64,000 nt of DNA from an uncultured Planctomycetaceae bacterium (GTDB lineage Bacteria > Planctomycetota > Planctomycetia > Isosphaerales > Isosphaeraceae), in NCBI GenBank assembly GCA_963833985.1, contig CAWIAD010000002.1, forward strand, positions 2,496,001 to 2,560,000, read 5' to 3'. The translations under genes and the position numbers were made by a program. Shown here piece by piece: positions 54,642 through 64,000 of this stretch. The notes beneath the pieces were generated by a model. The model searched no databases. It was not told the origin of the DNA and saw only the letters and a program-made list of their open reading frames with translations. Numbering within the stretch: position 1 is the first letter of the stretch; each line of letters opens with the position of its first letter.

Positions 54642-54920
54642 TCACTTCCCTGGGTTTGTGTGTTTCACAAGTGCGCGTAATCGGTCCACGTCAATCTTGA
54701 GCGGTGGCATGCCTGCGTCATCACGCTTCAGGTTCGCGGGAGCGGCTTCGATCTTCGAGACCTTCGCGACGACGATCAGCTCGCTGTATGCCGCCATGTC
54801 TTTGACCTCGACATTTCCGACGTCCGCCCTTGAGCCAGCCGGGAGACAGAGCCAGGCAACGAGGGCTATCAGCCAGCGAGGTCTGGAATTGCTCGTCCAA
54901 ACCTGTCCGAACGACGTCAT
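54642..54920 (-). pseudogene. Probable truncated secreted protein
   Basis: Signal peptide followed by SELIVVAKVSKIE, then early end. Confidence 0.4.
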
Positions 54921-55071
54921 GTCTTACACCCTCCATCCTGTTTCAGCCGTCCATGGCGGAATTCCGGCCCCGATTTCGACACCATCCGTCCATGTTCCGC
55001 CGTCATGCTGCCCCGAGGTGTTTGTTACACCTATCGATCATCCGGGACGGAATTCCCATCGATTTACCACA

Positions 55072-55143
55072 CAGAGGGCGACAGGGCCATCCAGGTTGGT
55101 TCCCAGTGGCCCGCGACGCGTAGCTGCTCCGGCGTCGCTCAGG
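55072..55143 (+). repeat. About 72-bp imperfect direct repeat, copy 2
   Basis: Matches 51275..51345. Confidence 0.8.
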
Positions 55144-55705
55144 CCATCCTTGTCGATGAGCAGGCGTCCGGGCGACCGAGTTCTCCTTCCCTTCCCTTCA
55201 GGACAGGCATCAGGGGGCGGACCGCCGCAAGGGCGAACGGCAACCCGGAATCGGCGCGGTTGCCGGCGTTTCCACCGTAGACTGAATATGACGGGGCAGT
55301 GCGGATGCTCTTTCATAATCCGGTGATGGAAAGGACCAGTGCGCTGCCGCGGCAGCCGGGCAGCGCACTGGATCGGCGGGGCTTTTCGCCGGGCAGCCGG
55401 GCTCGAGAAGGCAGTGAGCAGTCTCAAGAATGGCCGAACGAACCCATTCGAAAAAGGCGACTTAAGTTTATTGATGCGAAGGAGTAAGGTCCGGTGGCTT
55501 CGACCGTGTCATCCTGAGAACGAACCCAAAATCCTCGCGGTGGCCGGCCTGAGCCGGCTCCGGACCCTGGGCCCGGCCGCGGGCAGGGTCTTTCCCGGCA
55601 GCAGGTTGACCATGGGTGAGGCGGCCGCGGAGAATCAGGCTGGTCCGTGATGATCCGCGGCCGTGCCAGAGGCCGAACGTCCCAGAGGCTGGAGAGACCA
55701 CCTCC

Positions 55706-56773
55706 ATGAACCGCCCGCCGATCGATCTCAGGTCTGACACCGTGACACGGCCGACCCCCGCGATGCGCAGGGCCATGGCGGAGGCGGAGGTGGGCGACGA
55801 CGTGTTTGGCGACGACCCCACGGTGCACGCACTCGAGGGCCGCACGGCGGAACTGCTGGGCAAGGAGGCGGCGGTGTTTGTTCCCTCGGGAACAATGGCC
55901 AACCAGATCGCCGTCGGCGTGCACACCCGTCCCGGCGATGAGCTGATCTGCGCCGGGACGGCACACGTCTATGTCTGGGAAGCCGGGGGGATCGCGCGGC
56001 TCTCGGGCGTCACGGCACGCACGTTCGAGGGCGATTTCGGCCTTCTGAGCGCGGACGAGATCCGCGACGCCATCCGCCCGGACGACATCCATTATGTCCG
56101 GAGCCGCCTGGTCTGGCTCGAGAATACCCACAATCGCGGGGGCGGGCGAATTCATCCCATCGAGCAGATCGCGGCCATCCGGCACTGGGCGCGCGAGCAT
56201 CGGCTGGCGATGCACCTGGACGGCGCCCGGCTGATGAACGCGGTGGTGGCGACAAAGCGGCCGGCAAGGGAGTGGGCCCAGCACTTCGACACGGTTTCGA
56301 TCTGCTTCTCGAAGGGCCTGGGTGCGCCGGTCGGCTCGGCACTGGCGGGATCGGCCGAGGCCATCCAGCAGGCGCGCCGGCTGCGCAAGGTCTTCGGCGG
56401 CGGGATGCGGCAGGCGGGGATCATCGCCGCGGGCGCACTGCACGCCCTGGAGCACCATGTCGACCGCCTGGCCGAGGACCACGCCCACGCCCAGATGCTT
56501 GCCGAGGCGTTCGAGGGCACGGAGGGATTCGCGCTGGAGTCCGGTCCGGTGCAGACGAACCTGGTCTGGGTGCGGGTGGACCCGGCGCTGGGGACGGCGG
56601 CCGAGGTGGCCGCGTACCTCAAGTCGCGGGGGATCCTGGTCGCGGCGCTCGGGGCGCAGGTGATCCGGGCCTGCACGCATCTGGATGTCACTTCCGCGGA
56701 GATCGGCTACGCCGCCAGCGTGATCCGCCAGGTCGAGCCGGCCATGATCACGGCGGTGACGCTGGTCTACTGA
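55706..56773 (+). CDS. ltaE: Low-specificity L-threonine aldolase
   Basis: [61 protein letters not shown]. Confidence 0.95.
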   Translation: MNRPPIDLRSDTVTRPTPAMRRAMAEAEVGDDVFGDDPTVHALEGRTAELLGKEAAVFVPSGTMANQIAVGVHTRPGDELICAGTAHVYVWEAGGIARLSGVTARTFEGDFGLLSADEIRDAIRPDDIHYVRSRLVWLENTHNRGGGRIHPIEQIAAIRHWAREHRLAMHLDGARLMNAVVATKRPAREWAQHFDTVSICFSKGLGAPVGSALAGSAEAIQQARRLRKVFGGGMRQAGIIAAGALHALEHHVDRLAEDHAHAQMLAEAFEGTEGFALESGPVQTNLVWVRVDPALGTAAEVAAYLKSRGILVAALGAQVIRACTHLDVTSAEIGYAASVIRQVEPAMITAVTLVY

Positions 56774-56940
56774 TTGGTGGACCTTCGCATCCGCGACCCT
56801 CTTCGGATTGCCGTTGCCGGTTCTTGAGGATTTGACTAAAGTTCCGGCCGGGTGGAACCGCGGGTCGCCGCGGCGTCGGGCCGTACGTCCGGGGCGGGCG
56901 AACTTCACCGAGTGACTGTTCACGGAAGAGCAGTGTGGGG

Positions 56941-57367
56941 ATGAAGCGCCTGGCCGCGGTTTGCACTGTGATCGTCCTGACGACGCCCCTGGCGGGATGC
57001 GGGCTGGGCCCGCGCAATTTCCGCAAGATCACGCATCCGGCGCCGCTGGTTCGGGCGCGTGCCGTCAGCCTGGGCGACTCCAGGCCGGACGCTGTCGTGA
57101 TCCCGGCTCTGGTCGGCCGCATGAACGACCCGGACGTCGTGGTTCGGATGGCCGCGAATGAAGAGCTGAAGCGCCGGACCGGACAGGATTTCGGCTTTCA
57201 GGCGTGGGCCAGCTCTCCGGAGCGTGCCAACGCCGTGGCGCTGGCGGGCCTGGCTGGACGGCGGGCGGACTGCGCGTGGACCAACGCCCGCTCAACCGAG
57301 AAAAAGCTTGCCCCGGCCGTCGCCTCAAGGACGCACTGGCGGCCCGGCAGGAGGACCCTGGCCATGA
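56941..57367 (+). CDS. HEAT-repeat lipoprotein; frameshift near 57240
   Basis: Lipobox LAGC; ALVGRMNDPDVVVRMAANEELKRRTGQDFGF; the shifted frame RWRAWLDG.. ends at a TGA overlapping the mlaE ATG. Confidence 0.65.
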
Positions 57368-58302
57368 CCACAAGCGCCACCGCAATCGCCTCCGCTCCGG
57401 CTTCCGCTTCCGGCGTGCCGTTCTGGCTGAGCCCGATTGCCTGGCTGGGCCGGAGCGTCATCGGCGTGCTGTCGTACCTGGGGGGAGTGACGGCCCTGTT
57501 CGTGTCGGCCTGGACCTCGCTCCTGCGCTTCCCCCGCAGCGCGGAGCGGCCGCTCTTCTGGCCCGTGCTGAAAGAGGAGCTCTGGTGGCTGCTCCTGTTC
57601 GGGATTCCGCTGGTCGGCCTGGTGCACGTGGCCATGGGCTCGTTCCTGTCGATGCAGGCCTACTTCGGCAGCACGTTCCTGGACGGGACCGGCGCGGTGG
57701 TCGGCGTCGGGCTGTTGCGTAACCTGGCCACGCTCATGACCGGGCTGACCATGTCCGGACTGCTCGCCTGCCGCTTCATCCCTCTGCGGCTGGGACTGGC
57801 GCCCGCACGGAGCCCGGACGACCCGGACGCGGCCGACGAGCCGGGACAGGACGTACCGCCCGCTCGGCTGGCGGCGCCCCGTATCATCGCCGCGGGGCTG
57901 GCCTCCATGCTGCTGGCGCTCTGGGGGTTCGTGGTCGGCACCGCGGTGGGCTGGCAGGCGGCCGGCACGCTGATGGGCTTGTCGTCCACCATGTATTTTC
58001 AGATGTTCTACCTGATGATCTGGTTCCGCGACGTGGTGGGTATGATCGTCAAGGGGCTGCTGTTCGGGATCTTCCCGGCGACGATCTGCTGTTTCGAATC
58101 GCTGCGGGCCGCCCGACGGATGGCGGCCGGGACCGGGAGTGAAGCAGACCACACGGCCGTGGCGGCGCTGACGGCACCCGTCGTGCGCGGGGCTTGCCTG
58201 TCGATGGTGTCGATCTTGCTGCTGAACATGACCTGGTTCTTGCTGGTCTACCATGCGGTACCGGTTTACGGGCCGTCGCTCTTGCAACCGCCAACGCCCT
58301 GA
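57364..58302 (+). CDS. mlaE: MlaE-family ABC permease
   Basis: Multi-TM protein, VVGVGLLRNLATLMTGL, APRIIA, KGLLFG; directly upstream of the MCE gene. Confidence 0.75.
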   Translation: MTTSATAIASAPASASGVPFWLSPIAWLGRSVIGVLSYLGGVTALFVSAWTSLLRFPRSAERPLFWPVLKEELWWLLLFGIPLVGLVHVAMGSFLSMQAYFGSTFLDGTGAVVGVGLLRNLATLMTGLTMSGLLACRFIPLRLGLAPARSPDDPDAADEPGQDVPPARLAAPRIIAAGLASMLLALWGFVVGTAVGWQAAGTLMGLSSTMYFQMFYLMIWFRDVVGMIVKGLLFGIFPATICCFESLRAARRMAAGTGSEADHTAVAALTAPVVRGACLSMVSILLLNMTWFLLVYHAVPVYGPSLLQPPTP

Positions 58303-58354
58303 TCAAACGCCGGCTCGCCCCGGCGCGTGATCATCAAGGGGAGGGAACCCCACG

Positions 58355-59641
58355 ATGAGTGCTCGAACTGCGGTACGGGACGTCACGGTGGGCCTGGTCG
58401 TCATAGCGGCCCTGGCCGGGCTGCTGGCGCTCATGAGCGTGGCCAGCGACGGCCCCGGCTTCCTCGCCGCGCAGAAGACGATCGACGTCGTCTTCCGCGA
58501 CGGCCAGGGCATCCGGGTCGGCAGCCCGGTGCGGGTGGCCGGGCTGGACGCGGGCAACGTCGTGGACCTGGACCTGGTTGAGGTGGAGGGAAGCCTGCGG
58601 GCACGGGTGCGGATCTCGCTGCCGGTGACCCTGGTCAAGAAGCTGCGCCAGGACGTGAAGATCAGCATCACCCAGGGGCTGACGGGGATGAGCCACGTGA
58701 ACATCGTGGCCACGGGCAAGTCGGCCGTCAGCCTTGTGCCCGGCCAGTCGATCCCGGGGGTCGAGAGCTCGTTCTTCGACCCGATCATCGAGCAGGTGGG
58801 TCTGGGCCCGGTCGAGCGCAGTCATCTCAGCCATACCATTGCGGAGGTCCGCCAGACGGTCGACGCCATCGGTCCGCGGCTCCAGCAAATGCTCACCGCG
58901 TTCCAGGAAACCTCGGGGAACCTGAAGGACATGAGCGAGTCCATCCGGCCCGCGGTCGAGTCCACGGTGGGCCACGTGGAGGACCTGTCCCGGCGGATCA
59001 GCGCGAACGCCCCCAAGATTGAAGCCACGCTCGCCAGGCTGGAAGCCATCACCCGGCAGGCGGACGGGATCCTGGGTGAGAACCGTGACAACTTGCGTGC
59101 CAGCATGGCATCGGTGCGCGACCTGACCTACTCGGTGAACGACGTCGTGGCCAAGGACCGCGTCAAGGTGGAGAAGCTGCTCGAGGGCGTGGACATGACC
59201 CGGGCCCGGGCCGACCGCGTGCTCTACCAGGCGGACGTGATCGCCGGCCAGGGAGTGCAGATCATGTCTCGCAGCCGCACCGAGATCGAGCGTTCGGTCA
59301 CGAACGTCCGCGATGCGACCGACTGGGGAAACCGGCTGGTCCAGAAACTCTTCACCAATCCGTTCGTGCTGAGCCCATTCTACAAGCCGTCGAGCGACGA
59401 CCTCCGCGTCGAGTCGATCTACAACACGGCCCAGGTCTTCGCCAGAGGGGCGCAGGAGCTCAACGACGCGGTCAAGACGCTGCAAAGCGTGCGGGCGCAA
59501 CCGAGAACACCGGATCAGCAGCAGGAGGTGCTGCAATTGCAGCAAAAGGCGATGGCGCTCACGGAGCAGCTTGGCCAGACGTCGGCCCTGCTGGCCGAAG
59601 GGCTGAAGCGGCCGGCGGATGCAAACCGCCGCAGGCGTTGA
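58355..59641 (+). CDS. mlaD: MlaD/MCE family protein
   Basis: TM + FRDGQGIRVGSPVRVAGLDAGNV..GLTG..NI, long helical tail. Confidence 0.88.
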   Translation: MSARTAVRDVTVGLVVIAALAGLLALMSVASDGPGFLAAQKTIDVVFRDGQGIRVGSPVRVAGLDAGNVVDLDLVEVEGSLRARVRISLPVTLVKKLRQDVKISITQGLTGMSHVNIVATGKSAVSLVPGQSIPGVESSFFDPIIEQVGLGPVERSHLSHTIAEVRQTVDAIGPRLQQMLTAFQETSGNLKDMSESIRPAVESTVGHVEDLSRRISANAPKIEATLARLEAITRQADGILGENRDNLRASMASVRDLTYSVNDVVAKDRVKVEKLLEGVDMTRARADRVLYQADVIAGQGVQIMSRSRTEIERSVTNVRDATDWGNRLVQKLFTNPFVLSPFYKPSSDDLRVESIYNTAQVFARGAQELNDAVKTLQSVRAQPRTPDQQQEVLQLQQKAMALTEQLGQTSALLAEGLKRPADANRRRR

Positions 59642-59687
59642 GGCAGCGATCCCGGTTCGGGCGAACGGCGGATTTTCCCGATTTTGG

Positions 59688-59716
59688 TCAAGGTCCCCCA
59701 AGCTTCACGCCGATAA
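59688..59716 (+). promoter_or_regulatory. Putative sigma-28 (FliA) promoter
   Basis: TCAAG-N16-GCCGATAA upstream of flgM; -10 is perfect, spacing slightly long. Confidence 0.55.
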
Positions 59717-59895
59717 CTCAAACAAGCGACGTCCGGCAACGGGCGTGCAGGCGTGGACGGGAACCGGAGTCAGGAGATCCGACTGTCGTCAGCCGGCTCA
59801 CCAACTCGTGTCGGCTCCGAACAAGCACAACATGAGCAACACCCGGAACTGCCGAGGGTGGAGCCATCGGTCAGAGCACCAATTTGGGAGGCCCA

Positions 59896-60180
59896 ATGGA
59901 AATTTTCGGTGCAGGGGGAACACAAGGCCCTCAACCCATCTTCCCGCGACTGAGCGCCTTTGGCGTGGACGCCGGACAGACGATTCACGCAGGCGCCCCG
60001 CGTGACCACGTGGAGATCTCGCCGCTGGGACAGATGCTTGACGGCATCAGCCAGTTGCCCGAGATCCGCCATGAAAAGGTGGAAGAGATTCGCCGCCAGA
60101 TCGCCAGTGGGGCCTACGAGACCCCGGAAAAGCTGGAGCTCGCACTCGATCGCATGCTCGACGAGCTGATCGGCCGCTGA
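59896..60180 (+). CDS. flgM: Anti-sigma-28 factor FlgM
   Basis: DHVEIS..PEIRHEKVEEIRRQIASGAYETPEKLELALDRMLDEL; GGGAGG RBS. Confidence 0.88.
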   Translation: MEIFGAGGTQGPQPIFPRLSAFGVDAGQTIHAGAPRDHVEISPLGQMLDGISQLPEIRHEKVEEIRRQIASGAYETPEKLELALDRMLDELIGR

Positions 60181-60403
60181 GCTCCGGCCGGTCACGGCAC
60201 CCGAACAAAATGATCCGACGTTCAAGCCGCCGCCAGGCCTGCCCTGGCAGCGGCTTGGTGGCGTTTGGTGCGGTTGAGAGGCGCGTGCCCGGGGAATTCC
60301 CAGGTCCCGGTCGGGACCTTCTTGGCAAGTCCACAGGTTTGCGGAAGAATACGATCTCTGTCCGGATCAGGACGTCGATGTTTCAGCCGAGGAGGCCACG
60401 GAC

Positions 60404-62023
60404 GTGGATCCGCTGCCCGGTAATTCAGCCGCACTGACCCCTGCCGCGAGCCCGAACTCGAATGCCTCGGTGATCGCGTCAGCCGCGCCGGATCGACCGG
60501 GAGACCCGGCTCCCGCAACCAGCGCAAAACCCCCCGCGCCGTTAACCGGTGACGAGCAGGTGCTGGTGGGAGTGTTGATCAAACGCGGACTGGTGACGTC
60601 CGACCAGGTGCGCTCGGCCCAGGAATACGGCGCCGCGCATCACCGCGACCTGCGGCAATCGATCCTCGAGCTGAACCTCATCTCGCCCGAGCTGCTCAAC
60701 GAGCTGGCCTTCGAGCGGCTCGCGGCCATGGCCCGCGACGTCCCCGAGAAGGTTGTTCCCCTCAAGCCGCAGGCGCCGGTGCCGATCTCGTCGGTTCCCC
60801 TCCTGCCCGATCGCACGCAGCATCACCGCGACGTGCGCAAGGAGCTCCAGGAGGCCACCCTGACCGCGCCCTTGCCCATCGTGGTGGGGCAGATCCTGGA
60901 ACGCGCCTTCGACTGCCGCGCCACCGACATCCACTTTGATTCGCAGGAGACCGGCCTGCGGGTGCGCTACCGGATTGACGGCCAGCTCCAGGACATCCTC
61001 TTCGTCGAGACGGCGATGGCCAATGCCATGATCAGCCGGCTCAAGGTGATGTCCAACCTGAACATCGTGGAGCGCCGGCATTCCCAGGACGGGCGCATCT
61101 CGATCATGCACCACAACCGGCCGCGCGACCTCCGCCTGGCCACGTTCCCCACGGTGCACGGCGAGAAGATCGTGATCCGGATTCATGAAGTCCTCACGGC
61201 CGTGGTCGGCTTCACGCACCTGGGGATGAGCCAGGAGCAGGCCGAAACCATGGACCGGCTGGTCGTTCAGCCCTACGGCGCCGTGCTGGTCGCGGGTCCG
61301 GTGGGGGCCGGCAAGACATCGACCCTGTACAACTGCCTCGAGCGGATCAATTCTCCGCTCCGCAACGTCATGACCATCGAGGACCCGATCGAGCACCGCA
61401 TCCCCGGCGTGAACCAGACTCAGATCAACAACCAGGGAGAGATGGGCTTCAGCGAGGGCTTGCGCGCCATGCTGCGGCAGGATCCGGACGTGATCATGAT
61501 TGGCGAGATCCGCGACGAGGAGACCGCGCGGATCGGCATCCGCGCGGCGCTCACCGGCGTGCTGGTCTTCAGCACCCTGCACGGGTCGGACTCGCCGAGC
61601 ACGATCAGCAACCTGTACAACTTCGGGATCCCCGGTTACCAGCTTTCCAGCAGTCTCCTGGCGATCGCTTCCCAGCGCCTGATCCGCAAGATTTGCCCGT
61701 ACTGCCGGGTCACCATCGCGGCCGACGAGAAGGTCCTCGTCGGGCTGGAGCTCGACCCGGACGAGCATCGCGATCTGCGGCTGCACCGCGGCCTGGGGTG
61801 CCCGGCCTGCTTTCAGACGGGTTACATGGGCCGTACGGGAATCTTCGAGATCATGCTGGTGGGAGAGGAGTTACGCGACTTGATCTTCCAGCAGATCCCC
61901 AAGGACGTGCTGCGCCGCGTGGCTGTTGACCTGGGAATGCGAACGTTGAAGCAGAGTGCGGTCGATAAGATTCTTGACGGCACGACGACGGTCGAGGAGG
62001 TGTACCGCGTCGTCTCGTTCTGA
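60404..62023 (+). CDS. GspE/PulE/PilB family secretion/pilus ATPase
   Basis: ATDIHF, RYRIDG, QDGRI, GPVGAGKTSTLY, TIEDPIE, LRQDPDVIMIGEIRD, STLH, CPYC/CPAC. Confidence 0.93.
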   Translation: MDPLPGNSAALTPAASPNSNASVIASAAPDRPGDPAPATSAKPPAPLTGDEQVLVGVLIKRGLVTSDQVRSAQEYGAAHHRDLRQSILELNLISPELLNELAFERLAAMARDVPEKVVPLKPQAPVPISSVPLLPDRTQHHRDVRKELQEATLTAPLPIVVGQILERAFDCRATDIHFDSQETGLRVRYRIDGQLQDILFVETAMANAMISRLKVMSNLNIVERRHSQDGRISIMHHNRPRDLRLATFPTVHGEKIVIRIHEVLTAVVGFTHLGMSQEQAETMDRLVVQPYGAVLVAGPVGAGKTSTLYNCLERINSPLRNVMTIEDPIEHRIPGVNQTQINNQGEMGFSEGLRAMLRQDPDVIMIGEIRDEETARIGIRAALTGVLVFSTLHGSDSPSTISNLYNFGIPGYQLSSSLLAIASQRLIRKICPYCRVTIAADEKVLVGLELDPDEHRDLRLHRGLGCPACFQTGYMGRTGIFEIMLVGEELRDLIFQQIPKDVLRRVAVDLGMRTLKQSAVDKILDGTTTVEEVYRVVSF

Positions 62024-62112
62024 GGACCGGGACAAGCACAAGCTCGGAGGGGATTGACGGTCCTCCGGAACAGCCCGGGCCAGGTCGATGCAAACCGGCA
62101 AGGAGGTCGGCG

Positions 62113-63108
62113 ATGCGCGGCGGTTTCTGGAAGATGGGTGCCGCTCTGACGGCGTCGGGATGCCTGGCTCTTGGAGCGCTGGCGCCAGCGGCCCGGGCCG
62201 ATGACAATGGATTCTTCGGACGTCTGTTCCGGCTCGGCGGGAATTCGTCGCAGTCGTCCGGCGCGGCGGGCGGCTCCAGCAGCACCAGCCGGAACGGGTT
62301 TCCGGGCGGGCCAGCTCCCCGGTCGGCTGCCACGTCGGCTTCGGCCTACGGGGACATCGGCAGCGGAGGCTCGTTCATTCCCCCCGCCGGCAGCGTCTCC
62401 CGCGCTCCGAACCCGACGCCCGTGAGCGGGCCGATCTCCTCGGACGGGCCGTCCACCCCGGACATTTCCGGGACGCCGGATGCACATCCCAGGATCGCTC
62501 CGCGCCCGCGCACCAGCGCCGCGGTGACCTCGGCCGACCCGCTCCTGACCCGCATGGCCCTGGGCCGGTCGAACGACGGCAGCCAGTTCGCCATGCTGCT
62601 TCAGGTCTTCACGGACGGCACGGTGATCGACTCTGATGGCGTGCACCGGCTCTCGCCCGCCGACCTGCGGCCCCTGCTGGAGGCCACCCAGAACAGCGAA
62701 CTGGCGCGGGTGCGCGGCCATTGCGGCACGCCCTCGAGCGACTTCATCGAGTACGTCCACATCATCGTTTTCGAGCGCCGTATGGGCCGTCTTCAGGCCC
62801 ACGCGTTCTCGTACGCCGGTAATCCGCAAGGTTGTGACAGCGGCATCCGCTACCTGCACACCGCGATCGAGAACCTTCAGGCCAAGCTGAGCCGCCAGCC
62901 CGCATCGAGTGCCTCCGCGGCCGGAACCTCCTCATTGCTGGGCCCGGCTACCGGATCTCCGCGGCCCGCGGCCGCACCGTATGCGACGCCGGTTCCGCTC
63001 GGCGGATCAGCACTGGCCGCGCCGCCGCTCCCCGATCCGTCGGCAGTGCCCGGCGGAGGAGCCACGTCCGGCAGCGTCATCAGACTGACGCCTCTGCCAT
63101 TGCACTGA
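62113..63108 (+). CDS. Hypothetical secreted Pro/Ser/Gly-rich protein
   Basis: AGGAGG RBS, signal peptide, folded central domain. Confidence 0.7.
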   Translation: MRGGFWKMGAALTASGCLALGALAPAARADDNGFFGRLFRLGGNSSQSSGAAGGSSSTSRNGFPGGPAPRSAATSASAYGDIGSGGSFIPPAGSVSRAPNPTPVSGPISSDGPSTPDISGTPDAHPRIAPRPRTSAAVTSADPLLTRMALGRSNDGSQFAMLLQVFTDGTVIDSDGVHRLSPADLRPLLEATQNSELARVRGHCGTPSSDFIEYVHIIVFERRMGRLQAHAFSYAGNPQGCDSGIRYLHTAIENLQAKLSRQPASSASAAGTSSLLGPATGSPRPAAAPYATPVPLGGSALAAPPLPDPSAVPGGGATSGSVIRLTPLPLH

Positions 63109-63535
63109 CCGGCGCATGCCACGGCACCAGCACAATCCTGGATCGGACGCCCAGCGTAGCAAATCGCCGTCGGAGACAGGCTCTCCGGCGCGGTCGGCCG
63201 TCGCTGGGCGCCCTGGTTTCGTGTATGCCTGGACAGCAAATTCCCGTTGCGGCGTTCGCCAGCGTGCGGCTGCCGGCGGCAGCGGAGGTCCGGCCACGGC
63301 CTTCGATTGGTCGCCCGGCGTTGCGTCTGCCCTCTCGCACGCTCTCCAGTCCCGGTCCGGGGTCCGACGGATGGTCAGTGCTCGAAATTTGCAGGGCACG
63401 CTGCTATGCTACGCGACAGAGACGCCTGCTCCCACTGTCTCCGGGACTCATCCGGCTCTGGCTGGAACCGCGACCTCGCTTCTTTGCTCGCTTTGAACAG
63501 GCACCGGTGCAAGGGTCGTAAAGGAAGCCGCCCCG

Positions 63536-64000
63536 ATGTGGTTGTACCGAGTGAACAAGATGGCCGGCCAGTTACTGAGGCCCTACTGGCGGCTGCACCT
63601 GGACTTCACGGCGGGGACAATTCCGCTGTCGGGCCCGCTCATCGTGGCGGCGAATCACCAGTCGTTTCTCGACCCCTGGTTCCTGGGATTCGTTTTTCCC
63701 AGGCCGGTCCGGTACCTGATGACGCATCACTGGTACTACCGCTCACCGCTCTGGACCCGCGCCTTCTCGGCCCTGGGAACATGCCCGGTGGCCAGCGGCT
63801 CCCCACGCGACACGGTGAGCGCGGTGCTCAGGCTGCTCGGCGAGGACCAGGTCGTGGGAATATTTCCCGAGGGGCGGATCGCGGCGGATGGCCGGCTGCA
63901 ACGCTTCCAGCCGGGACTCTCCTGGGTGGCCGCACTGAGCGGGGCGCCCGTACTGCCGGTGGGGATCCACGGCGCCTTCAACGCACTGCCGCGCCATCGC
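63536..64000 (+). CDS. Lysophospholipid acyltransferase (PlsC-like), runs off window
   Basis: Manual translation: IVAANHQSFLDP (HX4D), IFPEG, PVLPVGI. Confidence 0.88.
   Translation, partial: MWLYRVNKMAGQLLRPYWRLHLDFTAGTIPLSGPLIVAANHQSFLDPWFLGFVFPRPVRYLMTHHWYYRSPLWTRAFSALGTCPVASGSPRDTVSAVLRLLGEDQVVGIFPEGRIAADGRLQRFQPGLSWVAALSGAPVLPVGIHGAFNALPRHR

Noticed and set aside
56935..58302. HEAT-lipoprotein/MlaE fusion of 455 aa
   Set aside because: An indel near 57240 explains it; the alternate frame gives RWRAWLDG.. ending in an ATGA overlap with the mlaE start

Overview
GC-rich bacterial DNA with strong Planctomycetota (probably Isosphaeraceae-like) hallmarks: DUF1559 prepilin-like gene, DUF1501, ECF sigma factors with extensions, a Zn-finger-led Ser/Thr kinase and an LESRELL-type secreted protein. 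Many otherwise intact genes carry single-base frameshifts, probably long-read consensus errors. Content: AlgI/AlgJ O-acylation genes, three sigma factors, carbohydrate-active enzymes, a GT2-DUF362-GT4 cluster, and a three-module NRPS (predicted Gly-Thr-basic residue) coupled to a sulfotransferase. An accessory island at about 41.6-55.1 kb holds two identical ISAzo13 copies (the other at 16.6 kb), an IS1634 and many small cargo genes, followed by conserved genes (ltaE, mlaE/mlaD, flgM, PilB/GspE ATPase, acyltransferase). The most striking signal involves two HUH-Y1 (RAYT/TnpA-REP-like) nuclease genes and three miniature derivatives. Several of their ends carry 'stuttered' arrays of nested copies of the element terminus. 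Each copy starts at about the same outer position and stops at a variable inner position, mirror-symmetrically at the two ends of element 1. The miniature elements separate small co-oriented genes like a cassette array.
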